From Octopus vulgaris (lineage: Eukaryota), in contig OX597817.1 in assembly GCA_951406725.2 (NCBI GenBank), forward strand, positions 113,584,001 through 113,648,000: a stretch of DNA of 64,000 nucleotides, in the 5' to 3' direction. Under the pieces are notes generated by a model that was not told where the DNA came from, did no database searches, and saw nothing but the letters and a program-made list of their open reading frames with translations. Below, piece after piece: positions 39,413 through 52,268 of the stretch. The position numbers were made by a program, and so were the translations under genes. The stretch's first letter is position 1; each line of letters begins with the position of its first letter.

Positions 39413-39728
39413 TTTTTCTACTATAGGCATGACATGACTAGTGCTGTGTTTTTAACTTTTTCAAGGTTTACAAATGATAGTATAGTGCTATATTTTAGTA
39501 GTTTTCCTGGTGTTAGCCATAACAGTGTGAGGTTGTATTAAAAAAATTTTTCTGTCAGCTAAGACATTATCATACAGTATTGTGTGAGGTTTTTTTCTAT
39601 TGTTAGCTATAATGATATGGTGCTGTTTTGTGAATATTTTCTTGTGTTTATTACAAATGACAATATGGCGATGTATTAGGTAGGTTTTTCACATATTAGC
39701 AATGGCAGCAGCATGATGTATTTGTCAA
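39413..39728. repeat. Degenerate minisatellite, about 45-bp period, about 7 units
   Basis: Recurrent TTTTC..TGTTAGC.AT.ACAG.AT..TG..GTATT pattern; similar units at 37295-37480 and about 38225. Confidence 0.55.
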
Positions 39729-40263
39729 TTTTTTTTTTTAGTTTCTTTGGCTTCTTAGATCTGTAATCAAAACATGTGCACATGCACACAAGATATAAGT
39801 ATCAAAAATCAATTGTTTACAAATTTAATGAATTTAGCATATGAGAATTAGACTTTCAATTAGTGAAACATCACACTCATAAGATCACATTTTTTAGAGA
39901 TGAGCTTATAACACTCTAAAAAGCTGTAATACTTAAATTAATAGTCTTTTATAATGCTATATGCATGCATACATGTGTGTACATATGTGAATGTATACAC
40001 ACAAACATGCACTCACATGCACACATATTAGATATACATAGATATGTATACATAGTAAGTAAGCCTGCTCCATAAACACCTACGCATATTGATTTGGAAT
40101 TTTATTTTTTGTTTAATATATTGTTTTTGATTTACCTAATTCTTGATACTTTTAGACACACATCCACATGCACAAACACACACACACATGCACAAACATT
40201 TACAAATACATATATTGATTTCTATCTTTTTGACTTGTCTTTCTTGCAGGTTTATGAACCAAA

Positions 40264-40506
40264 ATGGAGAACGTCACTTCAACAGAAGCGACAGCTGGCA
40301 GCTTCGAAGAAGATCTTGAAGCTTTGAATAGTGAAGCTGAAGAAGGACACCGAAACAGCTCACTGGCGTCAACTAAACGCCTACTGTTCAAGACAGTTGG
40401 TAAACAGGATAGCAATGATCTCAGTCGGGACTATATTGGAGTGAAGTCATATCTGCATTATTTTTATGAATCACCATCATTCAAAGACCCATCGATCTAT
40501 GAAGAG
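40264..40506 (+). CDS. NRSN: Neurensin-family protein, first coding exon (81 codons; exon begins at 40250)
   Basis: Polypyrimidine tract plus CAG acceptor at 40247-40249; ATG in AAAATGG context with an in-frame upstream TGA at 40255; YIGVKSYLHYFYE matches the neurensin GVRSYLHQFYE signature; phase-0 donor GAG|GTTTGT. Confidence 0.88.
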
Positions 40507-42603
40507 GTTTGTTTGCTTTCAAGACCATCTCTCATTTTATATTTCTTCTCTGTTAGCCTGGCCTATCTCTGATGGTGAGCACTATAGTGTTGGTAATATG
40601 CAAGAGAGAGAAATGAATTTGTAACCCAGATTCAGTTTCCGTTTTCTAGCTTCTTTAAATCCCTAGAAAATCTATAGATACCATAATTCCAATTTGCCCA
40701 GTCTCTGAAACACCTAATAATGTTGATCACCCTGTGATTGCTATATCTTATTACAAACAGTAAACAAATAGCTCAATATACACTAGTTTATCAAATTCCA
40801 CCAAGGTCGTCTTTGCCTTTCATCTTTTCAGGGTCAATAAATTAAGTACCAGTTACATACTGGGATCAATCTAATCACTTGGCACCCTCCCCCCAAAATT
40901 TCAGGCTTTGTGCCTAGAGCAGAAAAGAATATACACTAGTTCATAGATCAGTGTCATAATATCCTTATATTATTCGTATATTATCCTTATTTCATCCGTT
41001 AAGAAGCCTTATATATATCCCTATATTATTCTTATATTAACCTTATATGATCCTTATATATCCTTATATTATCCTAATATTAAACTTACATATATACATA
41101 TATCACTTACATTCATTGTCATTGCTGTCATCATTATTGTCTTTGTCATCAACATTTTAATGTCCACTTTGTTTACACAGACAGAATTTGTTGAGACGAA
41201 TATCTTATGGCAATGATGCCCTTCCTGCTGCCAACCCTCACTTGTTTCCAAGCAAGAAAATATTTCCCTCTTCACTAAATATAGAAGACTGGACATAAAC
41301 TACACTGCTTCTATGACAATTATACTCATTTACAAGTATCAATGTCAAAGGCTTCTATGGCAGATAAGTGTAAAAGCCTAGAGGTTCTTAAGGACTTATG
41401 TTTAATAAACCTTGGTTTCATAGCTTTAGTTAGATAAGAGGGAAATTTTTCACCTGTCTGTTTGTCTTCCTCATATTGCAAACTGGTGTCTATTCCTGCC
41501 AGCTCAGTAGGTTTAATTATGTGTAGCTGTCCAAATACTTAATGAGAATTCCTGCAATAGATTTTTCTTTAACTCAAGACCATTGTCGTTGATTGTCCAA
41601 TACCACATTTAATCAGACATTTTGTTTCAACATATGGTAGATAATAATGGCAGGGCAGAGCCATAAAACTAATAATGATTCTATCAGCCACATTGACTCT
41701 TGAAGCTGTTCTGGTTAATCAATCAATATATTCCATTAGCATCTTCATACCAATTTTAGATTTGTATTTTCAGCAACAAGATTTTTTTTATTTGAAGTTA
41801 TACATACATATAAACACACATACGTATATAACATACATACATAGATATATATACAATTACACACATACACAAATACACTCACATCTGCATGCACACACAC
41901 TACTTTTTTTTTAAGATGAAATTTCAAATTGATAAAACTGAGATCATTTTCTAAACTGAAAGGGGAGGTGGAGTGGTCTGGGATGTGGGGGAACCAAAAT
42001 TAAAAGTCACAATTGCATTGAAATTCAACAGAGAACTCTGATATTTCTTTTAATCAATTTCAATTTCATTTTTTTCTATTGAATTTTATTTTGAGTTTAT
42101 CTACACATATCCATCTAATGAAAATCAATCATATAGATGTCATCCCTTTTTAATTTTATCTACATGTATATATGTGCGTGCCAGTATATATTTATATATA
42201 TATATACATCTTTTATCTTTTACTTGCTTCAGTCATTAGGCAGCAGCCATGCTGGGACACTACCTTAGAGGATTTTTTTTAACCAAATGAATCGACCCCA
42301 GTACTTACTTTTTTAGAGCCTGGTTCTTATTTTATCAGTCTCTTTTGCAGAACTGCTAAGCTATGGAGATGTAAACACACCAGCACTAGTTGTCAAGTGG
42401 TGGTGGGGACAAACAGGCACAAAGACACACACACACACACACACACACACATGACAGGCTTCTTTCAGTTTCCATCTACCAAATCCACTTACAAAAAGAC
42501 ACTTGCCCAAGGTGCCATGCAATGGGACTGAACCTGGAACAATGTAGTTGGGAAGATAGCTTTTTATTATACAGCCAAACCTGCACCTGTGTTATAATAT
42601 GTA

Positions 42604-42820
42604 TGATGGAGCGCTGAAAAGTTTTGGGATTCAGGTAAAAGAAAATACAGGAGTACCAGTTAATTATGATTTTTTTTCTAAATATTCCCCTCTCAGATTT
42701 ACACACTTTTTGCAGTGGCCCTTCAGTTTTTTGAAGCTCTATAAAAGAATTCAGAAGACTGGGCGTCCAACAAGACCTTTCAAGATACCCTTAAAGCCAG
42801 GAACTTTCCAGCACCCCTTG
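42604..42820. mobile_element. Mariner-type MITE
   Basis: Imperfect TIRs with TA flanks; a second copy in opposite orientation at about 58510-58725. Confidence 0.7.
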
Positions 42821-42832
42821 TATGTATATATA

Positions 42833-44084
42833 TTGGGTCATCCCATAAATAATGCGTTTTTTTTATACTTCTTTTATTTTTCAAAATTAAGACAAACAAA
42901 GTTCTTTTTTAATCTAAAATAAACTCTCCTTCATTTTCTACAATGCTCTTCCATCTATCTGGTAGGCATGCTAGGCCTCTTCCAAAATTCACTTGTCCGT
43001 GATGAAAAATACTCCTCCAGTACTGTTCTGACCTCGTTTACAGATTTCATATTTTTTCTGTCCAAATGATTTTGAAGACTGTGGGATAAATGATAATCAG
43101 ATGGGGCAATGTCCAGCAAATATGCTCCAGCCTTTGGTACATCATAGTCGCTGTATGTAGCCAAGCATTATCCTGATGGATGTACACTTTTCATCTTCAA
43201 ACCAAAGATGGTCATTTTCCTTCTCGTGTTAACTTAAGCTGTTCAAGCTGCTCACAGTAGATCTCTTTTGTTATCATTTGGTTTGAGTTTAAAAGTTCAA
43301 AGCGGACTAAACCTTTCATATCCCACCAAACAGATAACAACTTATGTGGGTGAAGACCTTCTTTAGCCTGGGGTGCCAATGTTTTTCCTTTCCCTACCCA
43401 CTGTCTTCAGCACTTGACATTTTTATAGAGAACCCATTTCTTGTCACCAGCCACTATTCGGTCCAAAAAAGGTTCGTTTGTGAGACATGGCAACAAAGAA
43501 GAGCACATATTCACTCTCTGCACGTGATTAGACTCAGAAAGTTTGTGAGGAACCCATTGACCCAATTTGCTGACTTTTCTGATGGCACGCAAGTGTCAAT
43601 GAATGGTTGAGTGACCAAATCCAAGCTTCTCTGTTAGTTTCTCAACAGTTACAATGGGATTTTGTTCTGCCTGGGTTTACAGGACGTCCTTGTTGAGCTT
43701 TGCAGACCTTCCAGGATGAGGCTCATCTTCTAGGCTATAGTTTCTAGTTCAGAATTTCTGGAACCACCGTTGACACTGCCTTATGTTTATTGTCCAATCC
43801 CCACATACTGCATTAATATTCTTTGCACTTTCTGTTGCATTGTTGCCTTTATTGAACTCATAAAGCAAAATATGCTGAATATGCTTCTTTGTCACTTCCA
43901 TTATAGCTTTGAAACAATAACTGTTAAAATTGAACTGCATTCTTCAAAACCTGCACTAAGAATAAGGACAATGTAACATTACTACCTGCTTTTATAGCAA
44001 GCTTATGCAGGTAGTTTAGCCTATCCTCTCCAACTTTTAGTTCATGCAATTGAAAAAAAGCACATTATTTATGGGATGACCCAA
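42833..44084 (-). mobile_element. Decayed full-length mariner (Mos1/mauritiana-like)
   Basis: TA|TTGGGTCATCCCATAAATAATG ... CATTATTTATGGGATGACCCAA|TA; MEVTKKHIQHILLYEF, WVPHKLS, IVAGDKKW, DIAPSDYHL. Confidence 0.92.
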
Positions 44085-44119
44085 TATAATATAACATAAT
44101 AATAATTATATATATATAC

Positions 44120-44313
44120 ATGCAGGTGGCACGTAAAAAGCACCCACTACACTCACGGAGTGGTTGGCGTTAGGAAGGGCATCCAGCTGTAGAAACACTG
44201 CCAAATCTGACTGGGCCTGATGAAGCCTTCCGGCTTCACAGACCCCAGTTAAACCGTCCAACCCATGCTAGCATGGAAAACGGACTCTAAATGATGATGA
44301 TGATGATGATGAT
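44120..44313 (+). mobile_element. RTE-type 3' tail copy (young subfamily)
   Basis: Nearly identical to 59058-59225; minus-strand relatives at 47348-47575 and 48381-48505. Confidence 0.8.
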
Positions 44314-44608
44314 ATATATATATATACATATCATATATATAAATTAGAGAAAAACTACTATTATGCAATTCAAACAATGATAGACATAAACCATATCATA
44401 TAGAAAAAATAAAATATATTATAAAACATATATCTAGATCACAAAACGTACATAATAATGAATAAATATTATATAAGTATATTTATATATACTTATTATA
44501 TATATTTATATTTATATTGTGAAATTTGATTTAATACTAAATTGAATTTTTCCCTGTAAGTTTGGAGTTATACTCCCTAATATTATTATTATATATATGT
44601 ATATATAT

Positions 44609-44986
44609 ACTAGCAGTATCGCCCGGCGTTGCTCAGGTTTGTAAGGGAAATAACTATAAAGCATTTTTAGAGAGTTATAGCCAAAAAGTAGCAAAAAAAT
44701 GGAAAAAAATGATGGTAAATTTTTTTTTTAGTTAAAAAAGGTGGAGTTGCGTCCCCTAGACAGTTTGTGTTTCTGATTCTGGACCCCATGTCGAATTTAT
44801 CGATTTTTTTCAGAACTGGGGGAACTTTTCAAAATTTTCGCTGCGTTAGTTTTGAATTATGACATTGGGCTATGTGTGTGTCAACTTTCATCAGAATCGG
44901 TTGAAAGCCGTGGTCAGGGTGAAGGTACGAGAAAACAGACACACAGAAACACGCACAGACAAACTGCCGTTTATATAGAGAGAGAT
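44609..44986 (+). mobile_element. Helentron/HINE (DINE-1-like) non-autonomous element
   Basis: Starts ACTAGCAGTATCGCCCGGCGTTGCTCAGG and ends ACAGACAAACTGCCGTTTATATAGAGAGAGAT; a similar 3' end at about 48630-48738. Confidence 0.6.
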
Positions 44987-45336
44987 ATATATATATATAT
45001 ATATGTATATATAAAACACAAATGGGCTGAGGTTCACTATTATCATTTATACTACAGCACACCTGGAACCTTCCCTGAATTGGATCTTGAGCCTACAGTG
45101 AACTGTGAACTGCATGCCAGAGTATGCTCTTGTGTGATTTTACCTATACATTGTGTGTATTTGGTTTATACTTGTGGATGTATGCATAACTGAAAGGACA
45201 AATCCGTACATGCTTTAGTAAGTATATAGGTGTCCACATACACTGTTGAGACATGGCTATGCTATCCTCGACTCTACCTTAGTGTCTTTGTTATTAAAAT
45301 AACTCAATTCTATTGGATCCTGAAAATAATTATATA

Positions 45337-46480
45337 CAGGGGTTGGACAAAATAATGAAAACCCCTTAAAATTTCAAACAAATTTATTTTAATATGGGGT
45401 AAGACCGACTTTGGCAGTAATTACAGCTTGAATTCTATGAGGTATGGACTCATACAAAGTTTGAATTGTTTCCAAAGGAAATTGTATTGATGATGGTGGA
45501 GGATATCTACCCATTACTTGTTTTTCTAAAACGCACTGTAAATATTCAATAATATTGAGATCTGGTGACTGTGGTGGCCAGATAAGTTGTTCAACTTCAC
45601 TAGAATGTTCTTTGTGCCATTCAGTGACAACTTTAACTGTGTGAATTGATGCATTATCATCCTGAAAGATTGCGTTTCCCTCCAGAAGCAGTTCCACATC
45701 CATAAGATGGATTTGATCAGACAAAAATGCTTTAATAGTCTTGACTATTAATTATGCCATGAAGGGAAACCATTGAGCCAGCAGATTTCCAAGATATAGC
45801 ACCCCCCTCCAAATCATCACAGATCCTCCTCCATGTATAACAGTTGGAAGAAGGCAGTCTGTGTCAAATGCTTCTTTTAGCTGTCTCCACACGTATACTC
45901 GGCTGGTGGTCGGAAATAAGGTAAAGGATGACTTGTCCAAGAAAATAACATTCTTCCACTGCTATAGGGACCAATTCTTTAGGTTTTTACTCTTCTCTAA
46001 ATACTTTGCAACGTTTGTTTTTGAAAGTAGTGGTTTTCTGATTGCAGGAGCTGTACTTTTAAGATCCTGTCTAACAATTTGCGTAAGAGTCTGATGGTCC
46101 CTATCCGAAAGTTTTGGTTTTTTCTGGAGTTTTGTTTCAACAAGGAGGTTTTTCCATCTTTCTCAAAGGCTGTCATTACTTTCAAGACAATACTTCTTGA
46201 TACACCAAACATTTTGGCTGCTTTCGTTATGCTAGTGCCTGCCATACAAGCACCAACAATTTGACCTCTTTGAAAGTCCAATAGATCTGTCCTTTTAATG
46301 AAGTTTAATTACCATTTTCTGATGATATCTGAAAAGAAACAGCAATTTTAGCAAAACATATTAAACAACAATAATAATAAATCAAAAAACAAAAATAAAC
46401 AAGCTTTTGACAGTTTTATAGATGTTTCAAAATTCTGATGCTATGATGATAGGTGTTTCCATTATTTTGTCCAACCCCTG
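45337..46480 (-). mobile_element. Decayed Tc1-like transposon
   Basis: TIRs CAGGGGTTGGACAAAATAATG / CATTATTTTGTCCAACCCCTG; DFQRGQIVG, HGGGSVMIW, FQDDNASIH, WPPQSPDLNIIE. Confidence 0.92.
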
Positions 46481-46652
46481 AGTACACACACACACATACA
46501 CATATACATATATGTATATAAATGGGACTGAACCAAAAAAGGAGTTTATGTAGTCACTCAACCTGCTTGAAGTAGCACCTTAATTTCTATAGAATTACAT
46601 GCTACATCTCTAAAGAAATTAAATAATGTAATATTAGGTAGAATTTATCTGT

Positions 46653-46696
<44 letters not shown>

Positions 46697-46703
46697 CATA
46701 CAT

Positions 46704-46747
<44 letters not shown>

Positions 46748-47313
46748 TACATACATACATACATACATACATACATACATACATACATACATACATACAT
46801 ACATACATTACATGCATACATACATATGTACTGGATGGTCATAGTTGGTTGTCCTGTACAAGGAAATAAAGCTTATACCGCACTACAACAAAAAAAGAAG
46901 GTATGAACAAATGCAGAATACGGTAGCTTTGTTGAGGAAAACCATGCTGTTGCTGGTGCATGAACAATATAACCAGTTCATGTTATAGAGTGGTTGGTGA
47001 TAGGCAGAGTGTAACCATGCAAACCATACCAAAGTAATAAGATATGCATCAGCAGGGTTGGCTAGTTTTTCTCTAGTACTTGCATGTGACAGATGATGAA
47101 AGACTATAACAGGTGGTGACAGAGAAATGTGAGACCTGCATAGCCCATTCCAGCATGGAGAAACAAACATAAAATGATGATTGTGATGATAATGGTGATA
47201 TATATACATATAGACAAGCACACACATGCATGCGTATTCTCTTACTATTGTCAGTTATTGAACTGTAGCTTTACATATAAACGTGTGTGCCTGTGTCTGT
47301 GTATATGTATGCA

Positions 47314-47348
<35 letters not shown>

Positions 47349-48005
47349 CATCATCATTGTCATCATCATCATTTAACATCTGTTTTACACGCTGGCATGG
47401 GATGGATGGTTTGACAGGAGCTGGCAGCTGGAGAGTTGCACCAGGTTCCAGTTGTTTGTCTTGGCATGGTTTCTATGGCTGGATGCCCTTCCTAACATCA
47501 ACTACTTTACAGAGTATTGGGTGTTTTTTTCTATGTGGCACCAGCACCAGCAGAGTCACCAAGTAACTTGCAAGGCAAAGACCTCTTAGTTGAGAGGGGG
47601 AGTAGAACTGAGGGAAGTGGCTGTGTGCCAGATGTAAGGTTAGAGTATGCTAGAGGGACAGAGATAGTTGTCTTACTATAGAGAATATACTCGGCTTCTC
47701 TTGTAGGACAAGGAAGAAGAAGGAAGGTGGGAGAAAATCAGAGAGAAAAATAGATAGACATTCAGAGTGAGTGGGAGAAATAGATGGTGTTGGAAATGTA
47801 TCGAGGCCTACCCATAGTGAACAGGGGTGGGTATAAGTAGTACAGAAGGGATAGAGTGGGATGTTCCATTAGAGTGTGAGGGGAGATTTTTAGAGATAGG
47901 GGAAGACATGATTATAGCAAGTGATGATGAGGTATATTGGAAAGGCTGGGAGGGGGTTAAGGAAGAATGAGAAGATATGGAGAGTGTGCATGTCTGTATA
48001 CATAT

Positions 48006-48066
<61 letters not shown>

Positions 48067-50050
48067 GACCGCTAAATCCACAAGGTTCTTTTATTCTCTT
48101 TCTGTTTATTTTCTTTTATTCCTTTCTGCTGAAGAGCATAGACTTGAAATGTAAAAGACTTTCTCACTTTCCCAAGCATCAAACTAATACACTTTCTTGT
48201 TGTTCATACACCTGTCTTTGTCTTTTGTTTTTCTATAAATTTCAACTATCATAAAGCAAAAACTGCTCATAAAGCAAAAACTCATAAAGTAGAGCAATAA
48301 TTTCCCATAGAAGCAATGTTATAAATTTTAATTCGTTTCCAAAAAAATATTTTACCTGTAAAATTTATAATACTCATAAGTCATCATCATCATCATCATC
48401 ATCGTTTAACGTCTGCTTTCCATGCTAGCATGGGTTGGACGATTTTGACTAAGGTCTGGCGAACCAGATGGCTGCACCAGGCTCCAGTCTTGATTTGGCA
48501 GAGTTAATGGCAAAAAAACAACAGTAGAATGTAAAGAATATTATATGTAAAATAAAAAGGATGTCAAGATCTTTTATAATAAAGAATATTATTATTATAA
48601 TCGTTTTATTGTAGAAGACTTGTCAGATCATACTCTCAATTTTGGTCAACTGCACCGCAGGGTCTCAGAGGAGATAGTGTTAGTTGAAGGCTACCAAACC
48701 TGCCACACATAGACAACTTCAGCTTTATATATATAGATTGAAATGACTTTGTGTCTGGAGTGTCAGTGATAGAAGAATGATAGTAACTCTACAAAAGTTT
48801 AAAAAAGAATTATAATTAAACACAGAAGGAAAGTAAGAGACAAAAAAGTGAAAGGGCATTTATAAATACTGAGAGAAAATAATAAACAGGAGAATTTGGT
48901 AAAGGTAATTATAAACAGAATGAAGAAGAATGAGGAAGTAAGTTAATAGTACAGGTGAAGGGAAATTTTTGGTAGCAGTGTGAAAAGCTACAAAAGCAGT
49001 TTTTGTAAACAAAATTTTTAGTTGTAAATCTCCTTGCCTTCTTTTACTTCTTTCTCTCTCTCCCCCCACCTCTCTTCCCCCTCTTTCTCTCTCTTCTGCC
49101 CCCTCTTCTCTCTCTTTCTTCTACCTCTCTCTTCCCTCTCTCTTATTTGATCAATTTAAATGTCTGAGTAGTTTAATGCTAATAAACTATAATAGACTGA
49201 GAAAGGTATATAATACTCTCCTTATATAAAATAATAAGTACACACAGAAATAAAAAAAAAATCTAAAAAGAAAAATACAGGAAGAAAGATGAAAAAAATA
49301 AAAGTAAATTTACTTCACCAAGATTAACTAGTGTAAAAGAATGATTTCTGGCAAGACAATTCCCTTCCTTGCAGTGAAACAAAGTGACAATAGCTTGCAA
49401 TAATATATTATATTATATTATATTATATTATATTTTAAACACTCACATATATATATGAGTATGTGGATATAGAGTTAGCCAAAGGTGCAACACAGTGGGA
49501 CTGAACCCAAAACCATGTGGTTGGGAACACACACATACACACATACACACACACAAACATACACACACATACACATTCTCAGTTTTATATATATTCGGGG
49601 ACTCCCTTTGGTCACGACACAGACCATGGGATTGCACCTAGAAAGTTACCCTCCTAGACACAAGTCCGGGCGAGGTTGTTTATGGAAGACCAGCAGTCGT
49701 CCATGCATACCAGCCTCCCCTCTCCACACCACCAGTGTTATCCAAGGGAAAGACAAAGGTCGATATAGCTTGGCACCAGTGACGTCGCAACTCATTTCTA
49801 CAGCTGAGTGAACTGGAGCAACGTGAAATAAAGTGCCTTGCTTAAGAACACAACACGCAGCCCGGTCCAGGATTCGAGCTCACCACCTCACAATCGTAAG
49901 CTCGACGCTCTAACCACTGAGCCATGCGCCTTCACTTTATATATATATATAGATATATATAGGTAGATAGATAGATATTGATAATGGTCAGGAGAACAGA
50001 GATTTTCCACATCTGTAATTTTATCAAACAGTTATTTACAGCAATCTTTG

Positions 50051-50138
50051 TGGACCTACAGACGTTTCAACTGCATCGGCTGCACATTTCTAGATGTGCA
50101 TCCTGGTGTTATTGTCAGTAACGTTTCATCAGGGTCCA
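50051..50138 (-). ncRNA. Type I hammerhead ribozyme (minus-strand arm)
   Basis: TGGACC-CTGATGA-AAC...GTT-GAAA-CGTCTG-TA-GGTCCA. Confidence 0.7.
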
Positions 50139-50394
50139 TTATTTTTCAGCTGTTTGAAGTTAAGCTGAAGAAACCAGGAAGTTGAATGAATAAATTGTTT
50201 TTAAGGGGTGTTGGTGTAATTATAAATAGATGTAGTTTCATTGATTCATTATACTTCACTTCACATACCAAACTGAGCTGCAGTGAACCATGGGTTAATG
50301 AAACTACAACTATTTATAGTAACACCTCTTAAAAAAAATTTATTCATTCAACTTCCTGGTTTCTTCAGCTTAGCTTCAATTGGCTGAAAAATAA

Positions 50395-50482
50395 TGGACC
50401 CTGATGAAATGTTACTGACAATAACACCAGGATGCACATGTAGCAATGTGCAGTTACGGCAGTTGAAACGTCTGTAGGTCCA
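50395..50482 (+). ncRNA. Type I hammerhead ribozyme (plus-strand arm, sense to the neurensin intron)
   Basis: TGGACC-CTGATGA-AAT...GTT-GAAA-CGTCTG-TA-GGTCCA; 6-bp stem I; predicted cleavage after GUA at 50476. Confidence 0.7.
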
Positions 50483-51100
50483 CAAAGAATGCTGTAAATA
50501 ACTGTTTAATAAAATTACAGATGTGGAAAATCTTTTCTCCTGATCATTAGTACTGTTACTTACCAAGCGAGAAAAATTACCAGAGTTAACTTATTGCTAA
50601 CTCTGGTATCACCAATATTTGCTTGGTTAGCTGACATAAAACTAGGATTACATATCCCTTTGAAATCATTTTTGGAAATTGTGACCTCGTGTGTACCGTT
50701 GGCGATTTTTTTCCTTTGTCTTCCCTTCTCTTGATCTTTCCTTCTCCTATGTTTCCGACAAAGAGCTCCGTTCGAAACGTTAAACCCTCCTTCTTTCCTT
50801 CTCTCCTGAGCGTCCAATAATACTATATGTGTTCCACGTCCTCGCGGTGTAGTGTTTTTTTTGTGCTTTCTTGTTTGGATTAACTATATATACATATATA
50901 TTGTTATAATTGTCCTTTTAGTAAATAAATAAATAAATCGACATAATATAATGTCTAAAAGTTGATGAATATCACCTATTGATCCCCTCTATTTTCTTAT
51001 TGCTCTCTCTCTATATATGTGTATGTATGTATGTATGTATATATATATCATCATCATCATCATCATCATCATTGTTTAACATCTGCCTGATTCATATATA

Positions 51101-51149
<49 letters not shown>

Positions 51150-52250
51150 AAAAAATGAAGTTCGAAAATGCTGCTATATTATACAATTTTTAATTTTTAT
51201 ATATACATTATAACATGTTTCAGTTCCTGAAATGAACCTTATCAAAAAAAGTTATATATAAAAAAAGATAGTTCATGCTATCAAATATAAGAAATTCATT
51301 TATAATACACAATGGAGTCAGACATCATAAAGTTCATATATAGTTTGAAGTGAGTTCGTTCATGCTATATGTTTAAAGTGTATGATGCAGTGGTTTGTGG
51401 TGGTGATATGCATTCAATATAAAAAATAGATCAAAGTGGTGGAATGCAGTCAATATAAAAAATTGATGTTCCTGAAAGAGCGAGGAATTCATTTTTACCT
51501 TGAGCAACTGTGATGACTTATGGTTGGTGTTCGCTGGATGATTCTGGCGAATCTTGTGAATTGTTCGGGTTTTATAACACCTGTTCGGTGGTCAGTCCAG
51601 CGTAACGTGACGTCATCAACGTTTTGACCAATCATTTCGTTAGGTGGCTTAGTCAAGCAGAACGGGACGGCATCAACATTCTGACCAATCGTGACCTATC
51701 GCTGTATTATAACTGCCTCTTGTCTGTATCCTGTTTTTGACCAATCGTTTCGTTAGGTGGCTTAGTCAAGCAGAACGGGACGTCATCAAAATTCTGACCA
51801 ATCACGACTTATAGCTATATTAGATCTGCCCCTTGTCTGTATCTTGTTAGGTGACTAGTCAAGCAGAAAAGGACGTCATCAATATTCTGACTAATCTCTG
51901 CCCCTTGTCTGTATCCTGTCCAGTCTAGCAGAACTAGACGTCATCAATGTGTTGACCAATCAGAATCGGGTCTGACCCTTAGCTGTATCGTATGTGGTCA
52001 GTCCATCAGGGTTAGATTTGTACGAAGAGATCTTTTTATAAATTTTTTTCCCTTGTGCGAGTGACTGTTTAAGGTAGTGGCTGTGGTGGAATTTTGCTTC
52101 TCCTTTTCGGAGGACCTATCTTTTGTTTTAATATTCCTGGCCCAGGGTGTTTAAACTTGGTCTAAATTTTTTTATGAAATACAGTTCTTTATTTTGGCGT
52201 TGCGTGAAGGTTGCGTTGTCACTGAATTTATAGAGCGGGTTAGTTGTAAA
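51150..52250 (-). mobile_element. Penelope-like element 3' fragment (GIY-YIG C-terminus, repeat-rich UTR, degenerate hammerhead)
   Basis: 52250-52128 reads FTTNPLYKFSDNATFTQRQNKELYFIKKFRPSLNTLGQEY* (P.YK...R..KE..FI.KF.P.LN motif); TTGATAA-GGTTC..GAACT-GAAA-CATG-TT at about 51208-51250; bounded by (TA)n on both sides. Confidence 0.75.
51590..51965. repeat. Imperfect tandem repeat carrying GACGTCA and CCAAT motifs
   Basis: About five units of GTCAAGCAGAACGGGACGTCATCAACATTCTGACCAATC with variable spacers. Confidence 0.85.
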
Positions 52251-52268
52251 TATATATATATATATATA

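Larger units (their letters stand above)
49982..50549. repeat. Long fold-back inverted repeat with a hammerhead in each arm
   Basis: Arms about 49982-50243 and 50296-50549 are reverse-complementary, with a spacer of about 50 bp. Confidence 0.9.

Noticed and set aside
40507-40572. Extension of ORF 40264-40572 beyond codon 81, and of ORF 57100 before 57166
   Set aside because: Read-through into intron; the splice sites at 40506 and 57166 give a coherent neurensin
44213-44240. CTGATGA followed by a hairpin in the RTE tail (also at about 59128)
   Set aside because: No downstream GAAA or stem I; it is a plain TGAAGCC/GGCTTCA stem-loop
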